A DNA stretch of 64,000 bases from Candidatus Nezhaarchaeales archaeon. GTDB lineage: Archaea; Thermoproteota; Methanomethylicia; Nezhaarchaeales; WYZ-LMO8. Under the pieces are notes generated by a model. It was not told where the DNA came from. It searched no databases and saw only the letters and a list, made by a program, of their open reading frames with translations. The position numbers and the translations under genes are program-made. The stretch covers positions 352,001-416,000 of the forward strand of contig JAWAKK010000001.1 of the NCBI GenBank assembly GCA_038887515.1, written 5' to 3'. How positions within the stretch are numbered: position 1 is the stretch's first letter; each line of letters begins with the position of its first letter. Positions 50,419 to 60,043 of this stretch are shown here, piece by piece.

Positions 50419-51091
50419 GATCTACATTGTCGGCGCTGGTCCAGGAGATCCTGACTACGTGACTCCAATTGCCAGGAAGATGGTTAGGCAGGCGGAGTTG
50501 GTAATAGGCTCAGAGAGAGCAGTTAAGCTCTTCAATAACGACGTAAGAGGAGAGGTCATCATTCTCGATTCGAGGAATTTTAGGGAGGTAATGGTTTACG
50601 CTGTAGAACGAGCAAGAAGTGGAGCAAACGTAGTAATGGTATCCACAGGAGATCCTGGCTTCGCTGGTCTACTTGGAACATTCATAAAGAGTTTTGGAAC
50701 AAAATTGGACGTGGAGGTTGACGTCATCCCTGGAGTAAGCGTCATTCAAGTATGCGCTGCTAAACTCAAGATCTGTTGGGATGATGCTGTCCTAATTAGT
50801 CTTCATGAGGGCGCAACCGAAGAAAAGAGGAGGAGACTGGCTGGAGCTGTTAAGTCGGGTAAGACGGTAATCCTCTTGCCAAACACTAGGTCTTTCACTG
50901 TCAGGGATGTCGTGAAGTACCTCTTGAGCGAGGGAGTAGACGAGGAGACAATCGCGTACGTGTGCGAGGACTTAACTCTTAGTAGTGAGAGGATCGTTAA
51001 AGCCACTTTAAGAGAATTAATGTCCTACGAGGGTAGCTCTCTATGCGTTATGGTGATCACTCCAAGGAGGGGTAATTGTGTGGAGCTATAA
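50411..51091 (+). CDS. cbiE: Cobalt-precorrin-7 C5-methyltransferase
   Basis: IVGAGPGDPDY, STGDPGFAG, IPGVS, SLH; start taken at ATG 50411. Confidence 0.9.
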   Translation: MAKIYIVGAGPGDPDYVTPIARKMVRQAELVIGSERAVKLFNNDVRGEVIILDSRNFREVMVYAVERARSGANVVMVSTGDPGFAGLLGTFIKSFGTKLDVEVDVIPGVSVIQVCAAKLKICWDDAVLISLHEGATEEKRRRLAGAVKSGKTVILLPNTRSFTVRDVVKYLLSEGVDEETIAYVCEDLTLSSERIVKATLRELMSYEGSSLCVMVITPRRGNCVEL

Positions 51092-51671
51092 AACACCTGG
51101 AATACCGGATGAGCTCTTCATAACTAGCGATAAGGTTCCTGGACCAACCAAAGAAGAGGTAAGAGTTGTGACCATATCGAAGGCAAGGCTTAAGGAGGGA
51201 TGTCGCGTTGCTGATGTTGGTTGTGGTGTTGGAAGCATAACTGTCGAAGCTGCATTAATTGTTGGCTCTACGGGGAAAGTATACGCTATTGATAAAGATG
51301 AAGAGGCTATTAGAATCACGAAGCTGAACGTGGCTAAATTTGGCGTTCAAGATCGCGTTCAGGTAATACTTGGGAAAGCTTCTAAGGTTCTTGAGCTAAT
51401 CCCGGAGGTCGATAGCATAATAATAGGAGGTGGAAGGCCCTTATCCAAGGTCCTTGAAGCTGCTGTTAAGAGACTGAAGTTTGGTGGACGCATCGTAATC
51501 AATGCGGTCACTGTTGAAACGGCGAGTAGAGCTATCAAGATGCTCAAGAAGATGAAGTTCGGTGAGCTGGAAGTAGTTAACGTATCTATCGCTAAAGGCA
51601 AGCTTACCAACGCGGGAACTATCATGCTGGCTAGGAACCCTGTTTTCGTAATATCTGCGTCAAAATCTTGA
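51078..51671 (+). CDS. cbiT: Cobalt-precorrin-6B C15-methyltransferase
   Basis: PGIPDELF, PTKEEVR, DVGCGVGSITVE, ARNPVF. Confidence 0.92.
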   Translation: MWSYKTPGIPDELFITSDKVPGPTKEEVRVVTISKARLKEGCRVADVGCGVGSITVEAALIVGSTGKVYAIDKDEEAIRITKLNVAKFGVQDRVQVILGKASKVLELIPEVDSIIIGGGRPLSKVLEAAVKRLKFGGRIVINAVTVETASRAIKMLKKMKFGELEVVNVSIAKGKLTNAGTIMLARNPVFVISASKS

Positions 51672-51681
51672 GGGAGCTATA

Positions 51682-52200
51682 TTGCTAGGCAAGTTATATG
51701 GTGTGGGTGTTGGTCCAGGCGACCCTGACTTACTGACTTTGAAGGCTGTAAAGGTTTTGGGTGATGTGGACGTAATATTCGCTCCAAAACCCAGCACTGA
51801 CAAGCCTAGCTTAGCACTGACGATTGTTAAGCCAATGCTTAGAGACCATCAGGAAGTGGTAGAACTTGTCTACCCGATGACTAAGGAAAGAGAGGTCTTA
51901 GAAGCTTGTTGGGAAAAGAATGCTGACCTGATAATCTCAAAGCTCATGACAGGAAAGAACGCAGCCTTCATAACGTTAGGAGACCCCATGCTCTACAGCA
52001 CCTTCATATATACTTGCAGGAAGATTGTAGCTAAAGCTCCTGACGTGGAGATAGAGATAGTCCCAGGAGTTACATCGATAACGGAATGTGCTGCAATCTC
52101 AAGGACGTCCATAGCAGAAGGAGATGAAGTAGTGGTGATAATCCCTTCACTGAGTGATCGCGAAAAAATTAGAGGTCTAGCGAAGAAGCTACATCAATAA
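51682..52200 (+). pseudogene. cbiL: Cobalt-precorrin-2 C20-methyltransferase, 3'-truncated
   Basis: YGVGVGPGDPDLLTLKA, TLGDPMLYSTF, VPGVTS; ends at 172 aa where sufB-like sequence begins. Confidence 0.8.
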
Positions 52201-52300
52201 TCATAAGGGGCTTCATGGAGATAGACGTTAAAGGCTTACCGCCACTATTAGCTTCTCTCAGATAAAGAGGGCATTAGATGTAGCGACCAAAGGCGTCCAG
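52171..52300 (+). pseudogene. sufB: 3' end of a second sufB paralog
   Basis: Reads EEATSIIIRGFMEIDVKGLPPLLA..QIKRALDVATKG, matching the sufB C-terminus EEATSIIIRGFMNVDVKGLPPALALQIKKALDISAKS at about 39490-39605. Confidence 0.8.
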
Positions 52301-52320
52301 ACAACCTCCTTTCACTTTCA

Positions 52321-52341
52321 GCTAAAAGCTAAAAGCTAAAA
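52321..52341. repeat. Short tandem repeat (GCTAAAA)x3
   Basis: Seen directly in the AT-rich intergenic region. Confidence 0.6.
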
Positions 52342-52453
52342 GAATTTAATCAATAATTTATAGAAAGTCCACATACAAAACTGAAAAATTAAAACATAGT
52401 TGAAAAGATGAATGAAGTACGTCTTGGGGTGTTAGTGAAGTACATGCCATTGC

Positions 52454-53383
52454 TTGCTGGTGTCGTGTATGAGGTTAAGGTATCGCCTGCAGAAGAGTCG
52501 GGAAGCGCTCATAATCTCTGTTTCGCTAAGCTCTCTAGGCGCAATTGTTGAAGGTGTGGCACTAACATTTTATGGGAGCATTATTCTCGCCACTGACTTT
52601 TTTCACTGGGTCTTGGATACAATAGTTGAGGTTATGTTCCTATTTTCGATTTATTACGCTAGTAGAGTAGGAAAGAGGTTTCCTTGGAGTATAATAGCGC
52701 TTGAGTTCTTGACAAGCATAATAGTGATGATCGTTGTCTTAGGCTTCTATGGCTTCTACTTCTTCAATTACGTTAACAGCCTCATGCAACAGTATAGTGT
52801 ATCAACGGTATCGCCGCTGGCTGCAATAGCTACAGCTATTGGAGGAATAATTACTTTAACAGTGTTCGTGCTTCAAAGAAGGAACTACAGGAAATATTCG
52901 TTAGAGATCTTAAGAATTGATAGTAACCATGCACTGATAGATACCGCATCGTCTTTTTTCGCTACCTTTGGAATAATCCTTACAGCTTGGTTGGGAGACC
53001 CAACGATAGAGATTTTTGCTACACTAATCATCATGATGTTCATAATTCATAGCATCTTTGAGATATTTAAAGATACCTTTAAGGTATTATCGGGAAGCAA
53101 TTTAGATCACGAGATAACGGATAGAGTGAGAAGAGCCATCGAAGAGAGATTGTTCGATGCTAAATTAAAGAACGTGGAGGCTAGGAAGGTCGGATCGTTT
53201 TACATAGTGTCTACCGATATATTTTTGGATCCAAACACCACCATTTCAAAAGCACATTCTTTACGCAGGAAGATCGTAAATTTAGTTAAAGAAGTCTCCG
53301 ACCTCATTTACCATGTCGACGTTAAGTTCTATCCCTCGCTCGAATACAGGAGAGTTTTGAAAAAGCAAAAGAGGAGGAGTTAA
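52454..53383 (+). CDS. Cation diffusion facilitator family transporter
   Basis: TM2 HWVLD and TM5 HALID metal sites, ARKVG..HVDV C-terminal domain. Confidence 0.85.
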   Translation: MLVSCMRLRYRLQKSREALIISVSLSSLGAIVEGVALTFYGSIILATDFFHWVLDTIVEVMFLFSIYYASRVGKRFPWSIIALEFLTSIIVMIVVLGFYGFYFFNYVNSLMQQYSVSTVSPLAAIATAIGGIITLTVFVLQRRNYRKYSLEILRIDSNHALIDTASSFFATFGIILTAWLGDPTIEIFATLIIMMFIIHSIFEIFKDTFKVLSGSNLDHEITDRVRRAIEERLFDAKLKNVEARKVGSFYIVSTDIFLDPNTTISKAHSLRRKIVNLVKEVSDLIYHVDVKFYPSLEYRRVLKKQKRRS

Positions 53384-53464
53384 AGGTTTAAGTTTAAACC
53401 CCAATTATACAGACTAAGGTATGTGGACGCTGTTGCGATGAAACCATTTGCGACTATTGATTGG

Positions 53465-54715
53465 CTACTCCTCTCTTCGCATAGGCTCTTTGATCAACGT
53501 TCCAATCATTACCATTAACGGTATGCTAAGGGTCATTGCCAAGTAGAAAGGCGCCTTGGGCGATACATGTTCGTAGAGAGAGCCTCCTGCAAGATTTCCA
53601 AGAGCCATAAATATGACGCTAAGGAAGTTGGAAAGGGCATTAATCTTTCCTCTCTCGTCCCTAGGTGTGAGATCTGCGATAAGTGAGCTCGCCCCTGCGT
53701 ACATCATTACTTGGCCAGCTCCTACAAGTATCAAGGAGATTACTACTAAGAACGTGCTTCCATTTACGAAGAACCATATAGAGAAAGTAAAGAGTACGTA
53801 GGCTACTATCAAGGATATCTTTCTGCTGGCCTTGTCGATTAACTTTCCTATCGGTATAGAGAAGACGACTGTAGTAACCGGTACAATTGTTAAGAGAAGC
53901 CCCCATAGAGTCTCGTTTATCAATAATTCTCTCACCGCGTATACCGGGAGAAATGGTGTTATTGCGGAGAAACCCGATTGTCCGATAGCAACCGCTAAAA
54001 CGAGGTATAAGAGAGACCTCGACGCTTTCTTGTACGCTGTTAAACATTCCCTAACCGCAATCGGGTAGTTCCTCCAGAGATTCGATACGCTAGGCTTCTC
54101 GGAACCCCTAAAAGTCTCCTTTAAGTAGAACAATCTGAGGAAAGCCGCGGCGAGAAAGAAGGTGACCACTAACCCGTAACCCATCCTCATCCCCATCATC
54201 AACCCAAAGGTTCCACATAAATAAGCGGCGATTATAGGGCCTGGAGTCGTCGAGGCGTTACCTATTAGCGAAACTATACCGAAGCCCATGCCCCTCTTTT
54301 CGGGCGGTAGAGAGTCGGCCAGCATAGCCATGAGGGCTGGCTGATACATAGAGTTAAATACGGCCATTAGTACACTGCCCACTAAGATGAAGTGCCAGGA
54401 GGGGGCTAGGGCGAAGAATAGGTAACTTAAAGCCACCCCGAATGTCATGGTACATATTATCCACTTTCTCCCAAACTTATCGGCAATATAGCCTCCGGGA
54501 AACTGCATTGAAGCTAAAGCAATGAAGTGACAAAACCCTATTAGCCCTACTATAGTCTCGCTAGCCCCTAGACCGATTACGTATAGAGCATAGTAGACGG
54601 CTGGTATCTCCATCGCAAAATCCATGAGTAGCCAACTTACAACCAAGACGGCATAGTTTCCTTTAACGAAAGCTAGGTCTTCTCTGATATGCTGAATAAA
54701 CCGTGCAACCATCAA
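53465..54715 (-). CDS. MFS transporter
   Basis: GGYIADKFGRK, ADSLPPEKRG, GKLIDK, ADLTPRDERGK. Confidence 0.9.
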   Translation of the reverse strand: MMVARFIQHIREDLAFVKGNYAVLVVSWLLMDFAMEIPAVYYALYVIGLGASETIVGLIGFCHFIALASMQFPGGYIADKFGRKWIICTMTFGVALSYLFFALAPSWHFILVGSVLMAVFNSMYQPALMAMLADSLPPEKRGMGFGIVSLIGNASTTPGPIIAAYLCGTFGLMMGMRMGYGLVVTFFLAAAFLRLFYLKETFRGSEKPSVSNLWRNYPIAVRECLTAYKKASRSLLYLVLAVAIGQSGFSAITPFLPVYAVRELLINETLWGLLLTIVPVTTVVFSIPIGKLIDKASRKISLIVAYVLFTFSIWFFVNGSTFLVVISLILVGAGQVMMYAGASSLIADLTPRDERGKINALSNFLSVIFMALGNLAGGSLYEHVSPKAPFYLAMTLSIPLMVMIGTLIKEPMRREE

Positions 54716-54863
54716 CGGCTCGCCTCAAACACTCGCCGGAATAAACGCTAATTACTACTCAACGCTGAGGCTTCTACCTATAACTATAGATTTGCTTTAA
54801 ACTTTATGTCTAATAGGCCTTCAAAATGATTGGTTTAGCAGGTCTCTATCGACCTTTTCATGT

Positions 54864-55925
54864 TTAATTAATATCCTTCGATTTTCTTTGTATCATGTAT
54901 TGATACTTTACTTCTCCATCCATTATATAGTACACTAAACATTCACCATCTTCGGCTTTTAGTATCGGCTTTGTTAAGACTTCCGCTATTTTTACGAGGT
55001 CCCCAAGACTCTTCACGTCTATTGTTGTCCACGTCTCGGGAGGTAATCTCGTTGCCTCAATTATCAAGTCTTTATATTCTTCAGCCACTTTTTCGGTCTT
55101 TGCTATTTCGCTAGACTCTTTCTTGGCCTTCCTTGAACCCTTAAAGTATAGGGCTGTCGATACGACTAATCCTGAAATCATAACTGCGGTCACAGCATAA
55201 GACGCATCTTTCTGTAGTTCGACGTCGGGGTACCCTACTTCAATAGTTTCCCTAATTTCTTTATTTTCAGTCTGGTTTAGGCCCTCCAGCGATATGTAGC
55301 TACCCTTATCGGTTGTCGATTTAAAAACTACGGTCAGCTGAGGGGTAAACTTTTCCCCTACTTCTCTCCCAGCAAGAACGGCTTCTATGTTTATGTTTGG
55401 CATCACGTAGATACTATAGGAGGAGGAGTACATTCCCAACTCTTTGTCTATCGCATGAGCGATATTCCTTATTGCTGGACAGTTTATTTCAAGTGTAAAG
55501 TTTAGCGACCCCCTAAAATTCAATAACTCCACAAGTTCTGTCTCCTGCAGGTACTTTACCCATCTACCTGGCGATTCTATTTTTGCAGCCACACTCTCCA
55601 TTGTTACGTTAAGCTTCTCTGGACTTGGGTTTGAAGCGAATACGTACGTAAATGTTACGTTAATCCTGTTCGTTAGAGATGTATACAAGATCCCTTCGTC
55701 GGGTCTCAATACGGTCTTATTATAAATGACGTTCGGCTTCAACTCTGCTACGCAATCGTAAAATGCTTTATGCATATATGAAGCTAAGGTTACCGTTCGC
55801 CTCTCAAACGTTGGCCTCTGTTGTACATAGTAAAGGTTTACGAGTGAGAAAACAGTTAGCGCAATGAAAGAAATGACCAATATTTTCTTAATTAACTCCT
55901 TGTCTTTCTTCATGCCTTTCATCAC
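54864..55925 (-). CDS. DUF5305-like membrane protein with large extracellular domain
   Basis: N-terminal TM, PNVIY motif, second TM, cytoplasmic tail YKDLI..SLGDLVKIAE..KPIL..YYIMDG..Y. Confidence 0.7.
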   Translation of the reverse strand: MMKGMKKDKELIKKILVISFIALTVFSLVNLYYVQQRPTFERRTVTLASYMHKAFYDCVAELKPNVIYNKTVLRPDEGILYTSLTNRINVTFTYVFASNPSPEKLNVTMESVAAKIESPGRWVKYLQETELVELLNFRGSLNFTLEINCPAIRNIAHAIDKELGMYSSSYSIYVMPNINIEAVLAGREVGEKFTPQLTVVFKSTTDKGSYISLEGLNQTENKEIRETIEVGYPDVELQKDASYAVTAVMISGLVVSTALYFKGSRKAKKESSEIAKTEKVAEEYKDLIIEATRLPPETWTTIDVKSLGDLVKIAEVLTKPILKAEDGECLVYYIMDGEVKYQYMIQRKSKDIN

Positions 55926-55948
55926 TAGCCGTTTTCCTTATAATATTA

Positions 55949-56057
55949 ATTTGACACATATTTTAGCCTTTACCATGTTTTTCCTTACGGCCATAAACGG
56001 ATTAATTCTTCTTTCTCGCAATAAGCGGGGTTGCCCCACGTGGGCTATATTGCCCCC
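55949..56057 (-). promoter_or_regulatory. Conserved upstream element, copy A (DUF5305-like gene)
   Basis: Plus-strand boxes ATTTGACACATATT, CCTTACGGC..AACGG, GGGGTTGCCCCAC, CCCCC in the same order as 61639-61709. Confidence 0.55.
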
Positions 56058-56214
56058 TTTAAATTTTTTATTTACTATAATTCTTCATTATTTGCTGCGT
56101 TCTCAACGCCTTTCTATATCTATTAGATCTTTAAATGTGAGGAAATGACTACACGTAGTCGCCCAACTACAAAACTTAGAAAGTTCCGCTTCTGATAGAC
56201 GTTCTCGACAAACC

Positions 56215-57990
56215 ATGAGGCCCCCAAGCGTTAGGCTTGTGGGCGCTTTATTGATCGCATTACCTCTAATCATAGCTATTTCTTCTATGTGCATGATGGC
56301 TTCTCAGCCCACCGTCCAATTATTGCTAAGGTTTAGGCCGGGCGTTCCCGAGGACTTTAAGAAGGAGTTCCTAGAGTCTCACGGTCTACAGACGGTAGAC
56401 TACATAAAGCAAATAGATGTTTTCGTTGTTTCAGCTCCAGTACAAAGACTTCCATCAATTAAATCGGCATTGGCTGAGAGCCCTATAATAGACTTTGTTG
56501 AAGTAGACTCGATTATAGCCTACTCGCAGGTGCCCAACGATCCATATTATCCAGTCCAATGGTATTTGGCTAAAATTAATTGTCCTAGCGCTTGGGATAT
56601 TTCGACTGGAAGAAGCAACATTATAATAGCAGTGATCGACAGCGGGGTTGACCCCACACACCCTGATTTAGCCGGTAAACTCATTCAAGGATGGAACTTC
56701 TACGATAACAATGACGATACCTCCGACGCCTTTGGACACGGTACAAGGGTTGCAGGTATAATAGCTGCAGTAACTAATAACAATGTAGGCATAGCCGGCG
56801 TGACCTGGAACTGTCTGATACTACCTATTAAGGTCACAAACCCAAGCGGTTACACTACCACCTCGCTATTAAGCAAGGGTCTAGTTTACGCCGCCGATAG
56901 AGGTGCCAAGGTCGCAGTGATAAGTTATCAAATATTTGGTGGCTCCTCTATTTCGAGTGCGGCTAAGTACTTTGTGGACAAGGGAGGAGTAGTTGTAGCA
57001 GCAGCAGGCAACACCGGGAAGTACGAGAGCTATAACGATAATCCATACATAATCTCCGTCAGCGCTACGACTAGTAGCGATACGTTAGCAAGTTACTCGT
57101 CCTATGGACCGTACGTGGACCTTTCAGCTCCAGGTTCAGGCATATACACTACGACTAGAGGTGGCGGTTACGGTGCAGTTTCAGGAACATCGTTCTCGGC
57201 TCCCATTGTTGCTGGGGTTGCTGCATTGATGCTCTCAATTAATCCCTCTCTAACACCATCGCAAATCGAGCAAGTACTAGAGTCCACCGCCGTCGACTTA
57301 GGTGCGCCCGGCTACGACGTCTATTATGGTTGGGGAAGAATCGACGCTTATGCTGCCCTCAAAGCGGCTTTAGAGATGACGAGCAGAAGTACCAGCCCTC
57401 CAACAATAATAGACACTACCCCACCAAGTGTTAGGATAGTCTATCCAGCTAGTGGAGAGGTTGTTTCAGGCTCGGTGACAGTCAAGGTTGAAGCGAGCGA
57501 CAACATCGGAGTAGCTAAGGTAGAGCTATACAAGAATGGCAATTTACTCGCTGTAGATTATGATGCGCCCTACGAGTTCTACTGGGATAGTGCGGCAGAT
57601 CCAAACGGAGTGTACCTCTTAGTAGCTAGAGCCTACGACTCTTACGGTAACGTTGGTGAGTCGAACGCAATCGCGGTCAACGTCGTTAACAGTCTTGTAA
57701 GCAACCCTTCCGACACTAATCCTCCAACAGTTAAAATAGTTAAGCCCTTGAACAGACAGGTGGTGTCAAAAGCTGTAGATATAGTTGTTTCAGCATCGGA
57801 CGATTCAGGGATAGGGAGGATCGAGATTTACGTGAATGGCAACTTAATAGCTACAATTAATGCTGAACCGTACACCTATAATTGGAATACAAGGTCTGTC
57901 AAAAATGGTTGGCATACTATAACTGCTAAAGTCTACGATATCTACGACAATTACGCCGAGACTTCGATAAGCGTTTACGTGTACAATTAA
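56215..57990 (+). CDS. Secreted S8 subtilase (thermitase-like) with two C-terminal Ig-like domains
   Basis: Signal peptide and propeptide; VIDSG, GHGTRVAG, AAAGN, SGTSFSAP triad; DTTPPSV and DTNPPTV Big-type repeats. Confidence 0.92.
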   Translation: MRPPSVRLVGALLIALPLIIAISSMCMMASQPTVQLLLRFRPGVPEDFKKEFLESHGLQTVDYIKQIDVFVVSAPVQRLPSIKSALAESPIIDFVEVDSIIAYSQVPNDPYYPVQWYLAKINCPSAWDISTGRSNIIIAVIDSGVDPTHPDLAGKLIQGWNFYDNNDDTSDAFGHGTRVAGIIAAVTNNNVGIAGVTWNCLILPIKVTNPSGYTTTSLLSKGLVYAADRGAKVAVISYQIFGGSSISSAAKYFVDKGGVVVAAAGNTGKYESYNDNPYIISVSATTSSDTLASYSSYGPYVDLSAPGSGIYTTTRGGGYGAVSGTSFSAPIVAGVAALMLSINPSLTPSQIEQVLESTAVDLGAPGYDVYYGWGRIDAYAALKAALEMTSRSTSPPTIIDTTPPSVRIVYPASGEVVSGSVTVKVEASDNIGVAKVELYKNGNLLAVDYDAPYEFYWDSAADPNGVYLLVARAYDSYGNVGESNAIAVNVVNSLVSNPSDTNPPTVKIVKPLNRQVVSKAVDIVVSASDDSGIGRIEIYVNGNLIATINAEPYTYNWNTRSVKNGWHTITAKVYDIYDNYAETSISVYVYN

Positions 57991-58048
57991 AGGTGGTTGG
58001 CAAGGTAGCAAAGTAGCCAGCGAAATCCACCAACACCCTAACATTTTA

Positions 58049-58618
58049 TTAGGGCGCGCTGTATCGCAATGTTACATAAATTATCATGTAATCTCTCTCC
58101 TCTTGTCCGCATTCCATTCTAATCCACACGATTGCTTTCTCTCCTGGATTCAGAACCACCATTCCAAAGTGATTTAAACCGTCGAGCGGCGGATCGCCAA
58201 CCTCATATTCTCCACAGCCATCTCCACTATACGGACCATAAAAGTACGTTTGCACAGTATTGCCGTCATAGTCTGCGCCGTTTACCCATACCATAGGGCT
58301 CTCTAGAACTGAAGGCACAGTTCCATCGTTTCGCACTAGAAGCCCCACCCAGATGTACCATCCGCTCGACACGTTGGTGCATTCAATTATAAGCGTCTGT
58401 CCGCCACCTATCACGTTACTAACTATTGTCCCATCGTATCCCATTGAGCTGACTATCTTGCTTAAACAAATAGTCTGTCTAAACACTGCAGTTTCAACTC
58501 TTCCAACGACGTATAGGTTGTCCTGCAACAATGTGTGGGTCAGGCCGACTACAGCTAAAGCTACTATTGGGATTAGCGCCATCACGAACATTCTATTAAG
58601 AAAACTGCTCCTCCTCAC
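58049..58618 (-). CDS. SipW-type substrate, TasA-like minor subunit
   Basis: Hydrophobic signal then GLTHTLLQDNLYVVGRVETA, paralogous to 60044 and 61114 N-termini; VRNDGTVP and LNPGE motifs. Confidence 0.7.
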   Translation of the reverse strand: MRRSSFLNRMFVMALIPIVALAVVGLTHTLLQDNLYVVGRVETAVFRQTICLSKIVSSMGYDGTIVSNVIGGGQTLIIECTNVSSGWYIWVGLLVRNDGTVPSVLESPMVWVNGADYDGNTVQTYFYGPYSGDGCGEYEVGDPPLDGLNHFGMVVLNPGEKAIVWIRMECGQEERDYMIIYVTLRYSAP

Positions 58619-58627
58619 TTCACCTCT

Positions 58628-59956
58628 TCACCTCCTAACGATTTTTCTAGAGCCATTCACGTGCTTGTACGCGTATATTATGGATGCGTTAATAACAGCA
58701 GTTAATAGTACGTATGCGATCAATGGGTTTTCAGTCAGATATACTGCAACGGTGCCAACCATGTTCTTTAAGAATATGCTGGCCCAGCCTATCTTCGGCA
58801 CTGCGAAGACAAGCTTCCATAATTTTTGGCTAGGTATTACAACTATTGGTTCGTCGGGTACGTTGTTAGCATCACCCTTAGTCACTATTACTATTACGCC
58901 TCCAGACCTGCTTACTTCCACGACCCTATGTGCTATTGGGGAATCGATCCCGCTTCTCAAGTATTGTATTACATCGCCCACGTGAACCTTTTCTGCCGAT
59001 GTTTGTACGGTTACGATTATGTCGCCTACATCAAGCATTGGCCTCATACTTCCACTTACGACTACGCTAGCTTGATACCCCAGTAGCCCACTCGTACCCC
59101 AGACCATTGCTACCATAATCAAAGCCGCAACAAGACCTACCAGCTCTACGGACCTTGAAGCCTTACGCCCCCTCAATTTTATTTGCTTGATGTCCTTCTT
59201 GTTCATGATTCCTACAGCGATTAACTTCATGGGCGAGAGAGCTTCATTTATCATTATCACTCCAATAGCAGGTGTAAGCGTAGTTATCAACGATTCTACC
59301 CCCCACGGTGGTTTTGGTAGTATAGGTGCTAACCAATTGTATGCTTCTATGGTCCATACGTAGGTAATCGATGCTAGTGGCCCGCCTATTAGAGCTAGGT
59401 AAGTTGACAATAGACTCTGTGCGCCGGCCGGTAGTACTTTCGAAGCTAAAAACTTTACTGAATCAGCTAAGCTATTCTGGGCAATAAAGCTGAAAGCTGA
59501 AAGTTTAAGGAACATAAAAAATACTGTTACCAGGATTAGTCCAGTATACTTTCTACTTCTGGGTACAGACTTGACTACGTATGCTCTTGCAGTCTCCTGA
59601 GCTAAGATCGGAGCTGTAAAGTATACTATGTTTGTAATCATTCCTATTAGCGTGAACGAGTAGGGACTTCTCCCGAACTCCGTAAACAATGCTACAAGGT
59701 TTAAGCTTACGATTTGCAGTAAAGCCGTTAAAAACGCTATTATAATTACGAATCTATGGGTCTCCAACTTAAACCGTCTTAGACCTCCAATAAGATAAAG
59801 CGAGATTAAAAACGATAACGTCCACAATAGTGATGGAATCACGTAAGCCAATAATCCAGTAAAATTAAAGGAGTTCAAAACGACATATATACCGATAATT
59901 AAGGTTAGCGTTGAGACCTGCCCTTTGTATTGGGCAAACGTGTCTTTCAAGCGCAT
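58628..59956 (-). CDS. sipW: Signal peptidase I (SipW/ER-type S26B) fused to N-terminal multi-TM domain
   Basis: VVSGSMRP (Ser), GDII, IAHRVV (His), TKGDAN..D, VPKIG; about 260 aa of TM helices upstream. Confidence 0.85.
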   Translation of the reverse strand: MRLKDTFAQYKGQVSTLTLIIGIYVVLNSFNFTGLLAYVIPSLLWTLSFLISLYLIGGLRRFKLETHRFVIIIAFLTALLQIVSLNLVALFTEFGRSPYSFTLIGMITNIVYFTAPILAQETARAYVVKSVPRSRKYTGLILVTVFFMFLKLSAFSFIAQNSLADSVKFLASKVLPAGAQSLLSTYLALIGGPLASITYVWTIEAYNWLAPILPKPPWGVESLITTLTPAIGVIMINEALSPMKLIAVGIMNKKDIKQIKLRGRKASRSVELVGLVAALIMVAMVWGTSGLLGYQASVVVSGSMRPMLDVGDIIVTVQTSAEKVHVGDVIQYLRSGIDSPIAHRVVEVSRSGGVIVIVTKGDANNVPDEPIVVIPSQKLWKLVFAVPKIGWASIFLKNMVGTVAVYLTENPLIAYVLLTAVINASIIYAYKHVNGSRKIVRR

Positions 59957-59987
59957 CCATGGCGACCTCCAACATTATCGTTAGCAT

Positions 59988-60037
59988 AAAAAAAGAGGGG
60001 TTTATTCGGACTCTAACTTAACGTAAGGCTTAGTTAG
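59988..60037 (-). terminator. Candidate terminator after the 347-aa subunit gene
   Basis: Imperfect CTAAC..GTTAG inverted repeat followed on the minus strand by CCCCTCTTTTTTT. Confidence 0.45.
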
Positions 60038-60043
60038 CTGTCT

